Positions 37,401 through 50,097 of a stretch of 64,000 nt of DNA are shown one piece after another. The notes under the pieces were generated by a model. The model made no database searches. It was not told the DNA's origin and saw only the letters and a list, made by a program, of their open reading frames with translations. A program made the translations under genes and the position numbers. The DNA comes from Lama guanicoe. Lineage: Eukaryota. Position 1 is the first letter of the stretch; every line of letters begins with the position of its first letter. The stretch spans positions 5,242,270 through 5,306,269 of the forward strand of contig MU054212.1 in the NCBI GenBank assembly GCA_013239625.1, in the 5' to 3' direction.

Positions 37401-40400
37401 GTGCGTCAACAACCAAATCTAGTAAGTAAATGAAATTGGGAGCCGTTAATGAACACAAAGGAAATGTTAGCTATGGAGGAAATAGTGGAAATTGTGATTT
37501 ACCACAGTATTCATTTCAGCCAGGTAAATAACTGCTTATCATACTCTCCCTAAGGGATCAATTAAAACTGCATCTCAGGTGATGAAATGTATTTTCAGCA
37601 TTTTGCCATTTCATTTTGCCATTGCTTCTATTTGTCTGCCTATATTCATAATTAGCATAATCATATTTTCCGATATTATATACATCAATTAAAATACATA
37701 AAATCAAATGCAGGAAAAAACAATGCAAATTACATACATACACACACAGACATTTATACACAAAACACACATGTATATTTTTCAGAACTTTGTCTAGTAG
37801 AACTAGTCGTAAATTTTCCCCTTGGATCTGTTGCTGACATGATGTAAAGCTTTAGGCAAATTATTTTAATGCATGAATTTTAGAACTTTTTGGAAGCAGT
37901 TAAGATAATTTCCCTGAGATCAATGCTACTATTTCTGTTACTAAATTGTATTTGCATATTGGAGATTATGCTTGAAATGTGTAAAAACTGATTTGTGTTT
38001 CCATAGTACACAATTAATGGCTCTTGGCCATCTAGGAGAATAATCTTGGACCATCTTTCTTTCTGCAGACTTGATAACTGACTCTGCACAAATTCTAATC
38101 ATCCTAGTCTTCTGCTTTTATATTTTGAAGTTTCTACTCTTGTTTCTGTTCAATCACTATTTACTATGGCCTACTGCAACCCAAAATTCACCTCTACTTT
38201 TTCAGTCTCATCTCCCTCCTGCTCTTTCTCAATGACTTTTCCATTCACATAGAAAATTTGTTACAACTCACCAAGTAATTATGCATATTTGACTTTATAG
38301 TTGGAAGCCATCATTTTCCTGTCTAATTGTTGACTATGTTATCTGCCCTGTTTTACACACCTGGAATATATGCTTTTCATCTCTTGGGGACATTCTACCT
38401 CTCGTTATTACATCTTTTTCTTAGATTGAGGCTTTTTGTCTACCTTATTAGATTTCCCTCTCTACCCTTAGTATTCTATAAATAGTTGCTTTAGTAATGC
38501 GGTAAACAGTACATGAGACTCATTCCTTCCTTGATCCTTTTTTAGACTGAAATTTCCTCTGCTATCAAAGGCAGTGGATTAGTCATCTGCTTCTGTGCTG
38601 TAACAACCAACACTGTGTTTGATCTTGATGCATACTCAATAAGTTTGGAAAGTTTAACTGAATAAGGAAATATTGAGAATTACAGAAGGAATATTCTATT
38701 TCCAATGATAAATGTACAAGTTTATCACTCATCCACCCCCATATGCCATTGAAGTGATAGGAACAATACTTTAAGAAATTAATATATGACAGCTCTGGAA
38801 ACGAAGAAAGAGTTCCTTCAGCTGATTAGAAATTTGGGGGAATTTCTGTTTTTAAATAGTAGTTTTAAATAATACTGGAAACAGATCAGAGAAACTACAA
38901 CCCCAAAACAGGTGTAGGCAAGAATTGTTCCATGTATATGACTGTCCTTCCTCCTCACTGTGGCCTGGAGAAACTCTATCTCAGAGTCATCAGGTACAAA
39001 GAGTAGTAGTAGCCCATGGGGCCATCAAAAAAGTAAAGAGCAAATATATATATTTTTGATTTTTGATTGATATATAATATAAGTATAGTTACAATATCTA
39101 TGTAATTTTAATGGATAGAAGAAAACTGAAAAAAAATTAAGAAAATTGATTGAATTTTTAAAAAGAAGCAATAAAGCTTCATTCTGTATTTGAATTGAAG
39201 GGAAAGGACAGGAATTTCCCATTTTTAATCTTTAATGTATAGATTTTATTTCCATTCCTTTTTTTTTAAACAATGGGTATGTATTTGACAGACACAGTTT
39301 CTTTTTCTGTCGTTCCTGCTAATAAAATAATATTTTCCAGTGATCAACTGTGTTGGTCTTAACCAATAGACCCTGTTAGTCCCCAGTTTCCAACCCTCTT
39401 TAGAAGCTAGCAGTTGGCATATGGTTCAGTCAGTCCTGACCAGTGGAACACACTGAGGAGTTTGCTGTAAATTCTGATAAAGGAGACAGATGTACCAGCA
39501 TAGCCCTGCTTGTCCTTCGTCCTGCCTTGAAAGTGGACGTAATGTCTGGAACTATAGCCACAATGTGCACACATGAGGAAATAAGCATGCATACAGAAGT
39601 ATACAGCCGTCAGTGCAGGGGGAAATGTGCATGAAGCTGGGCTCACTGCGCACGTTGTGCAGCTGTGTGGCTGGTTGTGCAGCCCCTACCTCAAGACTCC
39701 TGGTCGGGGGAGAAAATTTAGTCCCCACTTGTTTCAATGAGTGTTTTTCTGATTATCTTCTGGTTGTATTATAAGTTAATAACTTAGGACAAAAGTTAAC
39801 ATTTTAATTCCTCAGTTTTAAAAGTCTAATTGAACATACAAGACAAACACAGATTGTAAAAGTGCCTATAGAGGTAAACACTATACATGACTGTGAAATA
39901 ATATAGAATAAACTAGACCTGGCTTACAAACCAGGATGGGTTGGTTATTTTGCATGTTAAATTACTGTAAGCTTTTCATTTTTCAAAAATCTCAAAATTA
40001 ACGTTACTTTAATAACGAGATTTTTGTCAGATTCCTAGCAAGCCCATTCAGCTGAAGTCATTTTACAGCACTCCACCAAGTCACTAAAATATTCCCAAAT
40101 TTAAAAAATGAAGCCCTAGAAATAAAGTCTGTGATACTAAGATCCTAGACTTTCCAAACTGACAGAAATGCGTAACTAAGTTGGCACTATTGTAATGCAA
40201 AACACGCTATGTTTTGTGACTCATGGGTCTGTCAGTTCCTCTGTTTCTGACAAATGCTGGCACTATCCAAAAAAAGCTGTCAGTCCTCTTAGATGTGTAA
40301 TTTTATAAGGGGCTAATTTTTTCACACTGCCTAATGAGATTTTGCTAGCAAATAAGTGCCTAAAACATATGGAGATAATGTTCATTAGATCCAAGGGAAC

Positions 40401-43400
40401 TGTTATCTTTAGAACTGTCAAAGTTGAAATTTTAAAGGGATAAAACTGAATATATGTTTTTCAAAATTAATTGCTTTTGTCTACTGTTCAACACATGTGT
40501 TAAGGTTAAAGAGAATTTGTGGTAACATCTATCATTGTTTGATAATTCACTAAACACCATCATGTTTACACTTTTTTGGGAAACTTAACATCTTGCTTGC
40601 TCAATCCAAGGTCACCTGAGTTTATTATTGGCAATATTTAGTGTTAGGAAAGTATTAAATATCCCTAAATTTCTTTCTTTTTGTCTATAAAATACTTTAG
40701 GCTTACAAGTATTATTTTTAGAGTATAATTTATGTATATACTCTGTCTCTCCAAACTGATTGTAGGTACTCAAAAGAGAGACTGTATATTAATTTTATTT
40801 TTAAGTGAGAACATGGAATTGTTCTGCCTGAAAGAGAATTCAGTATATTTGTAGTTGATGCTGATAATTATGATCTTTTAATGATAGGGTAAAAATAACA
40901 TGCCTGCATTTTAAAATTATTTATGAGTTGCACACATGATTCACTTTTTAATTGAGAGTTTACTTCGGTCAGTATATTCTCTGTCATCATAGAAAGGGAA
41001 GTCTCAGGTAGAAACTGGCTTGTGCCTAAGGGCCTGAGTAACTGAATTAACACTTGTATACCCTCACAGAAGCATGCCTAAGTGAGAAGCCGTAAGTGGG
41101 AAGAGTGTTGGCTTTGGTGTTTTAGCAGTTACCACATGAGAGTCTCTGGTTGGTGGTAAGACATCATTAGGGGAAAAAAGACAAAAAACAAAAGTTAATT
41201 GAGGACAAGTGAAGACTACAATATCTTTTTTTTTTCACCCCAAAGACCAGGGTATGTACAGCATACAATTAGATAGACACTTTTTTTGGTCTTGAATCAC
41301 AAGGAATATGTCACAGACTACTGTAAAGATCTTGTCAGGTCTTTCGGGAAGTTCAACCTAGACTTCCCAAGGAGCTTCTCAGCCTTGGGACCCAATCCAC
41401 CTGCTCCTGAAGGTGTATGGAGATTCCGATCTGTGCCAGTGAGCTAACCTCTGGCCAAAGATGAGCTATAAACAACACGAGCCACTGTAATTACCAGCAT
41501 AAGAGTATGTTACCCCTGGAATATTCATTCCCATCATTCCTATCATCTGTGTAAGTAAGACTGTCCAGTCCCACCTGGGTTTAGTGTGAGATAAACCCCA
41601 AGTGTCCCTGGAATATAAATTTAGCAGGTCTAGACTTCAGCCCAGTGTTTCAGGTTGGATATGTGCTTGCATTTTCTGGTTTATTTGTTTACTATTTTTG
41701 TCTTGGACAGATGATTTCACCTCTTGAGTCATTCTCCTCATTTATAAAGGAGGATTATGAAAGCAATGTAATTAAATGAGATAGGCACACAAGAGACTTA
41801 GTGCCGAGGCTAATTCTTTTCCCACATTTGCTTAAAATAATGAAATTCTGGATGATAATTCCTTTTAGATTTGTAAAGTAGGTTTGGTCTTAGAATCAAT
41901 CAACATGCTATCAAGAGTTGATATCAGAGTAGGCAGCAATTTTTATATAAAAGTTACAATCCAATGAAATTTCAGCAAAGGCTCAACAGTATACACAATT
42001 TTTCTCTTCTCCATCACACTGATCATAAGTCTACCCCTTGGTTAATGTTTTACTTTATCTATAATCTCTAGACTCAAGAATGCAAAGGCATTTTGGTGAC
42101 TAATTGTTTATTTACAACCAATTAATTATTTCCTTTTATTTATACTGAAGCAAATAAGCAAAGTCTCACATTTTGTACTTCATAAAAGCATTCTTAACAC
42201 CTTTAAAATAAGATCTTTTGAGATTTAAAATGAGTTCTCTCAGGACTGTTCTGATTTAATCATAAATGTGGTTGTAAAAGAAACAAAAATATTGTAATCA
42301 AGAATTTAGGATTACCTATTATAAACTATTTAGAATGTGAAAGTTTGGCTTTTCTAATTTGAGCAGAGACGAACACTTCTAAGCATGTGACTGTGCCTTG
42401 CACCTGTAATGACTGGGGAAATTCACTTAAGCTGGAAACATGTCAAAACATTGATTACTTTCTAACAAATCCAGAACCTAGTAATCAAACTCAGTATTGA
42501 CTAAACTACAATCCATTTGTTTCCTTAATGGGAGATGAGAAATTCATTCTTAGTTCAAATTTTTTTGTGTGACAAATGAACATGATTTTGGTTTTATAGC
42601 TTCACATTGTATCTGTTCTTCAAAATCATCCAAATACATTTACAGGGAAGTAAAGCCAATATCGATGGCATTGTTGGCCAAAGTGATGTCAAGAAAATTT
42701 GACAAGAATATTAGAAAAATGGAGGACATAATAAAGAATAGTGAAAATTTAAAAAATCTCCTGAAAACATCATGCAGTAAAAGAAAGAGCACAGTAGCCA
42801 AAAGCAAGAGCACAGGGGGAAAATATCACTTTAATCCCTTGCTAATTCTCACAGATCTGAGCTCGCTGTGAAAACTGAGATATGAAGCTCACTGGCCTTA
42901 GGCATAGAAAAAACATCAGAAGTGAAGAAGGTCACACCAAGTTTTGAGAAAGCTTGATCTTTATGTTAAAAAAAAAATGGGAAAGCCTAATCTTTTGCTA
43001 GCTCAATATAAAATGAGAGCTTTTTCCAGAGGAATCATGAATGTTAAGAAAATACTTTAAAAACAGAAGTACCATTTTTGAAAGCATGAAACCAAATATA
43101 ACAAAATAAAATTATTTAGGGTATTAATGAATACATAAAACTACACTACTAAAATGGTTACTATTTTTCACAATAGCATTTAACAGCAACTGAAAAAATT
43201 TAAAGACTGTATTTGAAGACTTAGGTTATAAAACAATACCCCTAATGAATGGAATAAATTATGTAAAATATTTAATTATTTAGAGTTTTATTTAAACTAT
43301 AAAGCCCTGTAAAGTTGAATTGTTAGAAATAAGATATTTAGTAGAGATTTAAATCAAGGTCATAAAATAAATTTTGGTTATTGAAAAAAATATGATTACT

Positions 43401-43736
43401 AGAAAAAAATCAGTTTCCGTTAATAACAGTCAACTTATCATAGGTCTTAACCATAATATTATTCACAATATTGTAATTTTGGTTTGCAGTGGTCATAGAA
43501 GGGAAGATGCCACATGATAAAATCTACTGAAACATTCATCACTGTCTTTCATCTGAAGCACAGCAATGTCATTGAAAGATTAAAAAATGCACCATGGAAA
43601 GAGTATCATCATGAGTTTTTGTTTCTGCTTTAAAATTTTACTACTATCATGTTAAAGAACAAACAGTAATAGTCCTTGAAGAACTGAAATTTGGTCACAT
43701 GTGACTTTAAAATGAAGTACCATCTTAGATTTTATG

Positions 43737-43912
43737 GCAGTCGTTCTCAAATTGAGTGCATCCACTTTACTTGATAAAACTTAAATCCCTAGGCCAGGTA
43801 CTTGAGATGTTGATTCAGTGGGTCATCTAGAGGCCTGGAATCTATGATTTTAATAAGTTCTCCAGGAGGTTGGGCTGCAGTTGCATAGTGACTCTAAATT
43901 TAAGAAACAGTA
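43737..43912. mobile_element. MER5A/B hAT-Charlie MITE
   Basis: CAGTCGTTCTCAAA...TGATTCAGTGGGTC...TTTTAATAAGTTCTCCAGG...TTTAAGAAACAGT, with decayed TIRs. Confidence 0.75.
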
Positions 43913-44059
43913 TTCTGGACGCTCAAATAAAAAACCCACTTCCCATATTTTTACTCCTTGATGGTAGAGAGAATTCCTAGACTCTTGAAATACGGAGAAA
44001 AGACTTGCATTGTTGACTTTAAAAAAGTCAGTATACTAAAATCTGTTTTCTCCTTTGCC

Positions 44060-44428
44060 TGTAGTAACTGTAGCTGTGACATGATTGCCCAGTCAGCCAC
44101 ATTTGCAGATTGGTGAGCCACATGACCAAGTGCTCACCAGTAGAACATGATCAAAAGGTGTTTGTCCTATTTCTGCTCAGTGCGTTTAAGAATGGTATCA
44201 TGCTTCACTCCATTCCTTCCCCTCTTCGTGAATCTTGCATGGTGATGAGCAGAGAGAACTTAAAAGCCATGTTTTGAAGTTAGGAGAGCTGCCATCAGCC
44301 TATATCCAAATGACTACCACTTGAAGCAGATCACCATCCTAAACTGCTAAGTGAAAGAGAAGTCAACTCTGCTTTAAAACCTTTAAAATACTGTTGGATC
44401 ACTTACTAGTCATACTAACTGCTATACA
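44060..44428 (+). mobile_element. Old MLT1 (I/J-like) MaLR LTR
   Basis: CACATGACCAAGTGCTCACCAGTAG, AAAGCCATGTTTTGAAG...GAGCTGCCATCAGCC and GTGAAAGAGAAGTCAAC. Confidence 0.6.
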
Positions 44429-44469
44429 AAGTATAAAGAAAAATATTGTAATTATAATACTTTTATTGT

Positions 44470-44720
44470 AATTAATATTGTTGAACTCTAACTATAGGCC
44501 AAGCACTAAGCTATTGCTGTAAACATCATTCAATTTCATCACTCAGACAACCTCATGGCATGACACTTACTTTCCTCATTTTACCAGTCAGGCACATGAA
44601 GTCATAAAGAGGTCAGAGAGCTGATTTCAGATTACTCATCCAGCAAATATTAAAGTCAGAATCTACTGGAGACAGGATTCCAACCCAGATGTGTGTCTAT
44701 TGAGAGTTTTGCTCTAAACC
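44470..44720 (-). mobile_element. MIR SINE
   Basis: GGCCAAGCACTAAGCTA...CTCATTTTACCAG...GGATTCCAACCCAGATGTGTGT. Confidence 0.65.
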
Positions 44721-45045
44721 CTATAAATGCGGAGGGGGAAAATAATTTTTGCATTCATTTTCACAGAAAACTTAGTGATGTATTGTACCCATAGACCTAA
44801 TAATAACATTTATCAGCATCATATCTAAACTGATAATCTTAAGAAGGATGACTCCTTCAGTGACAGGGTGATTAATATTTCAGTGACCAGGAAAGAACTT
44901 TGATAGAAAACAATCTGAAGGAAGGATCTGAAATAAGATAAGGACTAGTAAACAGTAATGTTAAATGAGAGATGATGTGGGGGTGAGGCTTCTCAGAACC
45001 ATACCAGATAGATAATCTAGGCCTCACAACAAGATTAAGCTCTAA

Positions 45046-45566
45046 CTATTTACCATAGCCAAGACATGGAAACAGCCTAAATGTCCATCAACAGATGACT
45101 GGATAAAGAAGATGTGGTATATTTATACAATGGAATAAAAACCGACAACATAACACCATTTGCAGCAACGTGAGTGCTCCTGGAGAATGTCATTCTAAGT
45201 GAAGTAAGCCAGAAAGAGAAAGAAAAAATGCCGTATGAGATCGCTCATATGTGGAATCTAAAAAACAAAAACAAAAGCACAAATACAAAACAGAAATCGA
45301 CTCAGACATAGAATACAAACTTGTGGTTGCCACGGGGGCAGAGGGTGGGAAGGGATAGACCGGATTTCAAAATTGTAGAATAGATAAACAAGATTATACT
45401 GTATAGCACAGGGAACTATACACAAGATCTTATGGTAGCTCACAAAGAAAAAAAATGTGACAATGAATATATGTATGTTCATGTATAACTGAAAAATTGT
45501 GCTCTACACTGGAATTTGACACAACATTGTAAAATGATTATAAATCAATAAAAAATGTTAAAAAAA
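45046..45566 (+). mobile_element. Young camelid-type L1 3' end (ORF2 C-terminus, 3' UTR and polyA), 5'-truncated, with TSD
   Basis: ATAGCCAAGACATGGAAACAGCCTAAATGTCCATCAACAGATGACTGG; several CpGs retained. TSD AAGATTAAGCTCTAACTA (45031-45048) / AAGATTAAACTCTAGCTA (45567-45584). Confidence 0.93.
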
Positions 45567-45948
45567 AAGATTAAACTCTAGCTAGGAAAATTAGTGTTTC
45601 CTGCTCAGGGCAAGGAACTGAACTGGAATCTGGTCTTTGAGTAAAAAACAAATAGAAAATAAAATTCCTTATTTCCTCTTGTTTCTTATTTACATCCTTT
45701 CATGATTCTGTTTGTACTTGGCTGTAATATGGTTTTAGGAATAAATGTTGAAAATTATGACAGGAAATAATAATCCTTATCAGGCAAGGCTGATAAAACA
45801 CAAGAAGTCCAGTACCCAATCCTGTTGTTCCCAGCGCAGTCCTACAGGGGAGACCTGACAAGACTTTTGTAGCTTTAAGACACTTACGCTATAAACCACA
45901 AGAAATCAGGGTAGCAAAAATTGCTGAATTTTCCTCATAGGAACAACT

Positions 45949-46528
45949 TGTTACTGGAGATTAGGTTCTTGTCTAGTAGTGGAAGGAATTCAGAGACTGG
46001 ACACAGAGGTCAAAAAAGCAAAGCTAGGATTTATTAAGTGAAAGACACACTCTCAGTAGGGAGAGCGGGCAGGCTCAGATGAATAGCTGCCCTGAGTTTC
46101 TTTGGCAAGCTGATTATATAGAGTGTAAAAATGTTTGGGCAGAGTATTCACTGAGGAGGAAGGAGCCTTGGGTCGTATTTCCTGATTTTCATCCCAGCTC
46201 TACCTTCCCGAAAGGAGGTGGGATTTTTGTCCTTATTTGGTCTTGATCAGAAGTGTCATGGCGTCGGCGCATGATGGGTACTTCTTATATGCCAGGCTAA
46301 TTTTATTGTAAAGAGAGCATAATGAACAAAATGTTACATTTGGATGCTGGTGATTCCTGCCTTTTCCCACCTGTCTTTCTCTGCCTCTTGGACACTTGTC
46401 ATCCCAAAATGTGTGGTTTCTTACCAGTTTGGAGTTTCCTGCTTCTCTTTCCTTCGAGGACCCCCGTCATTCACAAGAAGTAATGGTATCCTTCCACGTG
46501 GCGTGTCCCCTCCGACCCCCCCCCCCCC
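45949..46528 (-). mobile_element. Relatively young lineage-specific ERV LTR, antisense; its other end is obscured by an assembly gap
   Basis: TGTTAC terminus; antisense AATAAA (TTTATT at about 46030) and TATA (TTATATAG at about 46114) in LTR order. Higher GC with retained CpGs. Confidence 0.78.
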
Positions 46529-46609
46529 NNNNNNNNNNNNNNNNNNNNNNNNNNNNNNNNNNNNNNNNNNNNNNNNNNNNNNNNNNNNNNNNNNNNNNNN
46601 NNNNNNNNN
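46529..46609. other. Assembly gap (81 N) between a poly-C and a poly-T run
   Basis: Directly visible. Confidence 1.
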
Positions 46610-47965
46610 TTTTTTTTTTTTTTCTCCCCAGCGATAGAGAACAAATCAGAGCCCCAAAAATGTTCCGTATTCTGACAGGACAAAGAATTGATGGCCCTTC
46701 AAACAAATACACTTAAAGTACTTATTCATCATTATTTTAGAAAAGCAGTTGAGTAGTCTGGGGATGAGTGGAGGAGGAAATGCTTCAGCTCACATTCTTT
46801 AACACAGAAAAAGTCCTGTTGTTCCCAGGACTCTTATCTCAGAAGGCATTTCCTGAGGCATTTTTGACAAAAGTGAGGATCCTTTTGACTATCGCAATGG
46901 CTGAAGGGCATTGCTGCAATTGGTTGAAGGAGCCATGAATGGGAGACATTTTGCAACATAAGAGACAGTTTTGTTTTTTTTTTTTATGCAGTGAGAAACT
47001 ACCTCTGTCCCATGGATTTTAAATGTCTCATGAATCTTTACAGGTCAAAAAAATACTATGACTTTCTAAACTTATTTTTGCATGATTTTAAAAGACAATA
47101 AATTCTACAGTCATATAACTGGAAATTTGGGGATTTTTAACACTGTTCTCTTTAAAACATTACCAAGAGTTGTATAACATTTAGAAAAATTACCAATGGT
47201 GGTGTTTGATTCACCATTTAATCATAACTATCAATGTAAGTCTGTGGTGGTTGTATTCATGATAATATATAAACTTATATACACAAGGTGATTGTATACA
47301 CATATGTGTATATGTGTGTGAGTTTGTGTTTCATTAGTCCTCATTTCAAAATGCCAAATAAAAGCAAAATGTTGGCAATATTTAGTTAAATTTGAAGTTG
47401 AATTTTATTGCTTTGCCCACAAATCCACAGTTATGAATTACTCAGCCAATATTTTTTTTCTTTTTCTAGTTAAACTGTGGAACAGTCAAGATCAAGTGTA
47501 CAGTTTACAAAGAAATATACCATTGTATTTGACAAAATTATACTTTCAGGATTAAAAATAATGTCTGAGAACTACACTACTGTCCCTGGAGTGCTTATAA
47601 ATATTGTAATCTGAATAATAAAGCACTCATTTCTCAAAGGATAGCAAAACGATAAAAAAAATCAAAAGCTACAAAATATTAGAAAAAATTAAATTTATCA
47701 GCTTCAGCAGGTCATTAATTCAAGGAAGGAGAAAATTCCAAATCAAATTATTTTCTTCTATTGAATTAAGCAGTGAAACTGATTGAAGAAGAATCTATGA
47801 GATAGTGAAAAAAATAGGTCTCTGTAATGAACAGCAGATAAACATCTTTTCTTTAGAAAGGAATGAAAGAGTCCTGCATAAAAATAAAGTTCTACTGCTT
47901 GGAGATGTATGGTTAATCACTAATTTAAAAGTCATAGAGGAAATGTAATTTTCGGAATTACTAAC

Positions 47966-48418
47966 TTGGCAGCTGTGGAAATGTGATGCTCAGTTCTGCT
48001 GCCGCGGGAGACATTCACTGATGTCAGCTGGATGCATCTACCCTCAGGATCTACCATTGTATTCGTATTGAGGCCAGGCTTCCTTTGGGCTGTTCCTGTG
48101 TTGAATGCAGTGGAGCTACCAGCACAAGTCTGTTCTAACAGGGCAGTCGGTGACTTCTAATGGGTGACTTTAGCTTGAAGATCTCACATCTACCTGTTCA
48201 AAATTTTCTTAAAACTGCTCTGTAGTCCAAGGTTCTTTTTTCCTAGTCCTCCATTTCACCCCTCTCCTTTCATAGATGACAGACTTTTGTTACATTCTAA
48301 AGACACTCCTTGTCTTCTGTTTCCTTCCCTTTACTCCTCACAGGCATTTTCTCCAATGAATTTTTAAATGCCTAATCCTGCCTTGGTGTCTACCTCTTGG
48401 AGAAACTGGACTGACACA
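47966..48418 (+). mobile_element. LTR16-family ERV-L solo LTR with perfect 5-bp TSD
   Basis: Ends CTAATCCTGCCTTGGTGTCTACCTCTTGGAGAAACTGGACTGACACA; CTAAC on both sides (47961-47965 and 48419-48423). Confidence 0.82.
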
Positions 48419-49699
48419 CTAACAAGTATAAAGGAAATGAGGATATGTATAAACTTTATTTATTAGTTTACATGAAAAAATTTCCTCTCTCCAATATCAT
48501 CGCTTATGAAATTAGTTTAGTAAGTTAGTAACATGGGTTTAAAGTCTCATTTTAAAAGTTGAATCAAGTATTTCAGCATGTATTTCAATATTTATCCATC
48601 ACACTTAGCTACCAAGAATTTAAGTTAAAGGCTTCATAAATAAACCAAAAAAAGCTGTTATTAATGATACTCATATAATTAATGTAACCCACTGAATGAT
48701 AAATGTCATAAACCGTGAAAAGACAATAAAGAAGAAATAAACAACTGATCCTAAAATTATCCTAAAAGAATTTTGTTCACTAAGTGTTTCTGTTGTAGAA
48801 TTCTTTTAGTTAATCAAATAAAAATTTAATACCAAAGTTAAAATGTTATGAAATGATATGACATATCTTCAATATGTATTTAAAAAGGTAAATGAGGTTC
48901 TTCTTATGTGATAAAGGGAATATTAGTAAATTTATTAACAACTATATACTATTTAAAAAATCCTTGCTTCCCAAGAACTTTCAGTTTCTATCTTTGCAAA
49001 GTTAAATAAGGATAAGCTGAGGCATACAGAAATGGAACTACATTGCTCTCATTTGCATTCTACTTAAAAAGATATAATGCTTAAATTTAAAAATCTGTAT
49101 GAACATGCAATACTAGATTGGATGATTAATCCATTTGAAATGCTAGCCAGTAGTTCAGGAAGAATTAATTAAAAGATGATTTTAAAGCCAAAGCATGATT
49201 TAATACATCTAATTATGATAGGTTTTGGACCCCATTAAAATTTACATAACTCACTCCTTGGAAAGAAACTGAATTTATTATTAGAGCATTTCCAACTACG
49301 TATTTTGATTAAAACAGGTGTCTGAATGGAGTCATACAGTTACTGGAAGGCAACAAAACCAATTGCAAAAAAAAAAAGAAGAAATTTCAGGATTTTTTTC
49401 AACAATGGAAAAACAAAATCCATTCAAGTAGCAGAGACAAATGAAATGCAGAGATCTTACTGAACTTCTTTAGTAAAGGTGATTTAAAATATATTTTATA
49501 GTCACTTACTGTTGAGTCACTAATTATTGAAAATTATACATTAAAATTATTTGTTCGTTAGAGGCATTCGCTATTTTCCAGTCTGTAATGACGCAATCTA
49601 CTCTCTATCTCTATAGCATTTGTAGTATTGCCTTTTTTTTTAATGTCCAGCATTTCTTCTACTTGTATATGATCTCTGAGGTCTTTTTACATTACAGAA

Positions 49700-50097
49700 A
49701 CTGAATGTTTCCCTCAACAGAGGGTGGGATTTCGTGTCAAAGATCGCTTCTTCTTCCTTTGAATAATAGATTCTCCTGCACTTTAGCTGGTCATATGGTC
49801 ACATTCTCACTCTCTTCTGTGTCTAAGTTTTGTTCAGTGGCATAATTAGGAGTTAATGTCTTCAATTTTGAATCATCTCCTTAGCAGTGGAGCCTCGTAT
49901 CCTGGATGTCCCTTCCCCACTTGCTGGTGGCGAGCAAATGGGTGACACTGCTGCCACCTTGAAAGCCACATGTTGTCATTGGCCAAGCGATATGATCTGC
50001 CCTGGGCTGCTCAGCTCTAGACTGTGTCATAGGTAGAATCCATTGTACTTAAGCCTCCACATTTGAATCCCATTGTAAGCCTATTTCTTAACAATAC
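49700..50097 (+). mobile_element. Old MLT1 (J/K-like) MaLR LTR
   Basis: CTGCCACCTTGAAAGCCACATGTTG...CTCTAGACTG...TTAAGCCTC...TAACAATACA. Confidence 0.55.

Noticed and set aside
42569..42871. 100-aa Lys-rich ORF in unique sequence
   Set aside because: GTG start, A-rich composition explains the lysines, no recognisable domain and no donor site.
46344..46716. ORFs spanning the N run
   Set aside because: Artefacts of translating through the assembly gap.
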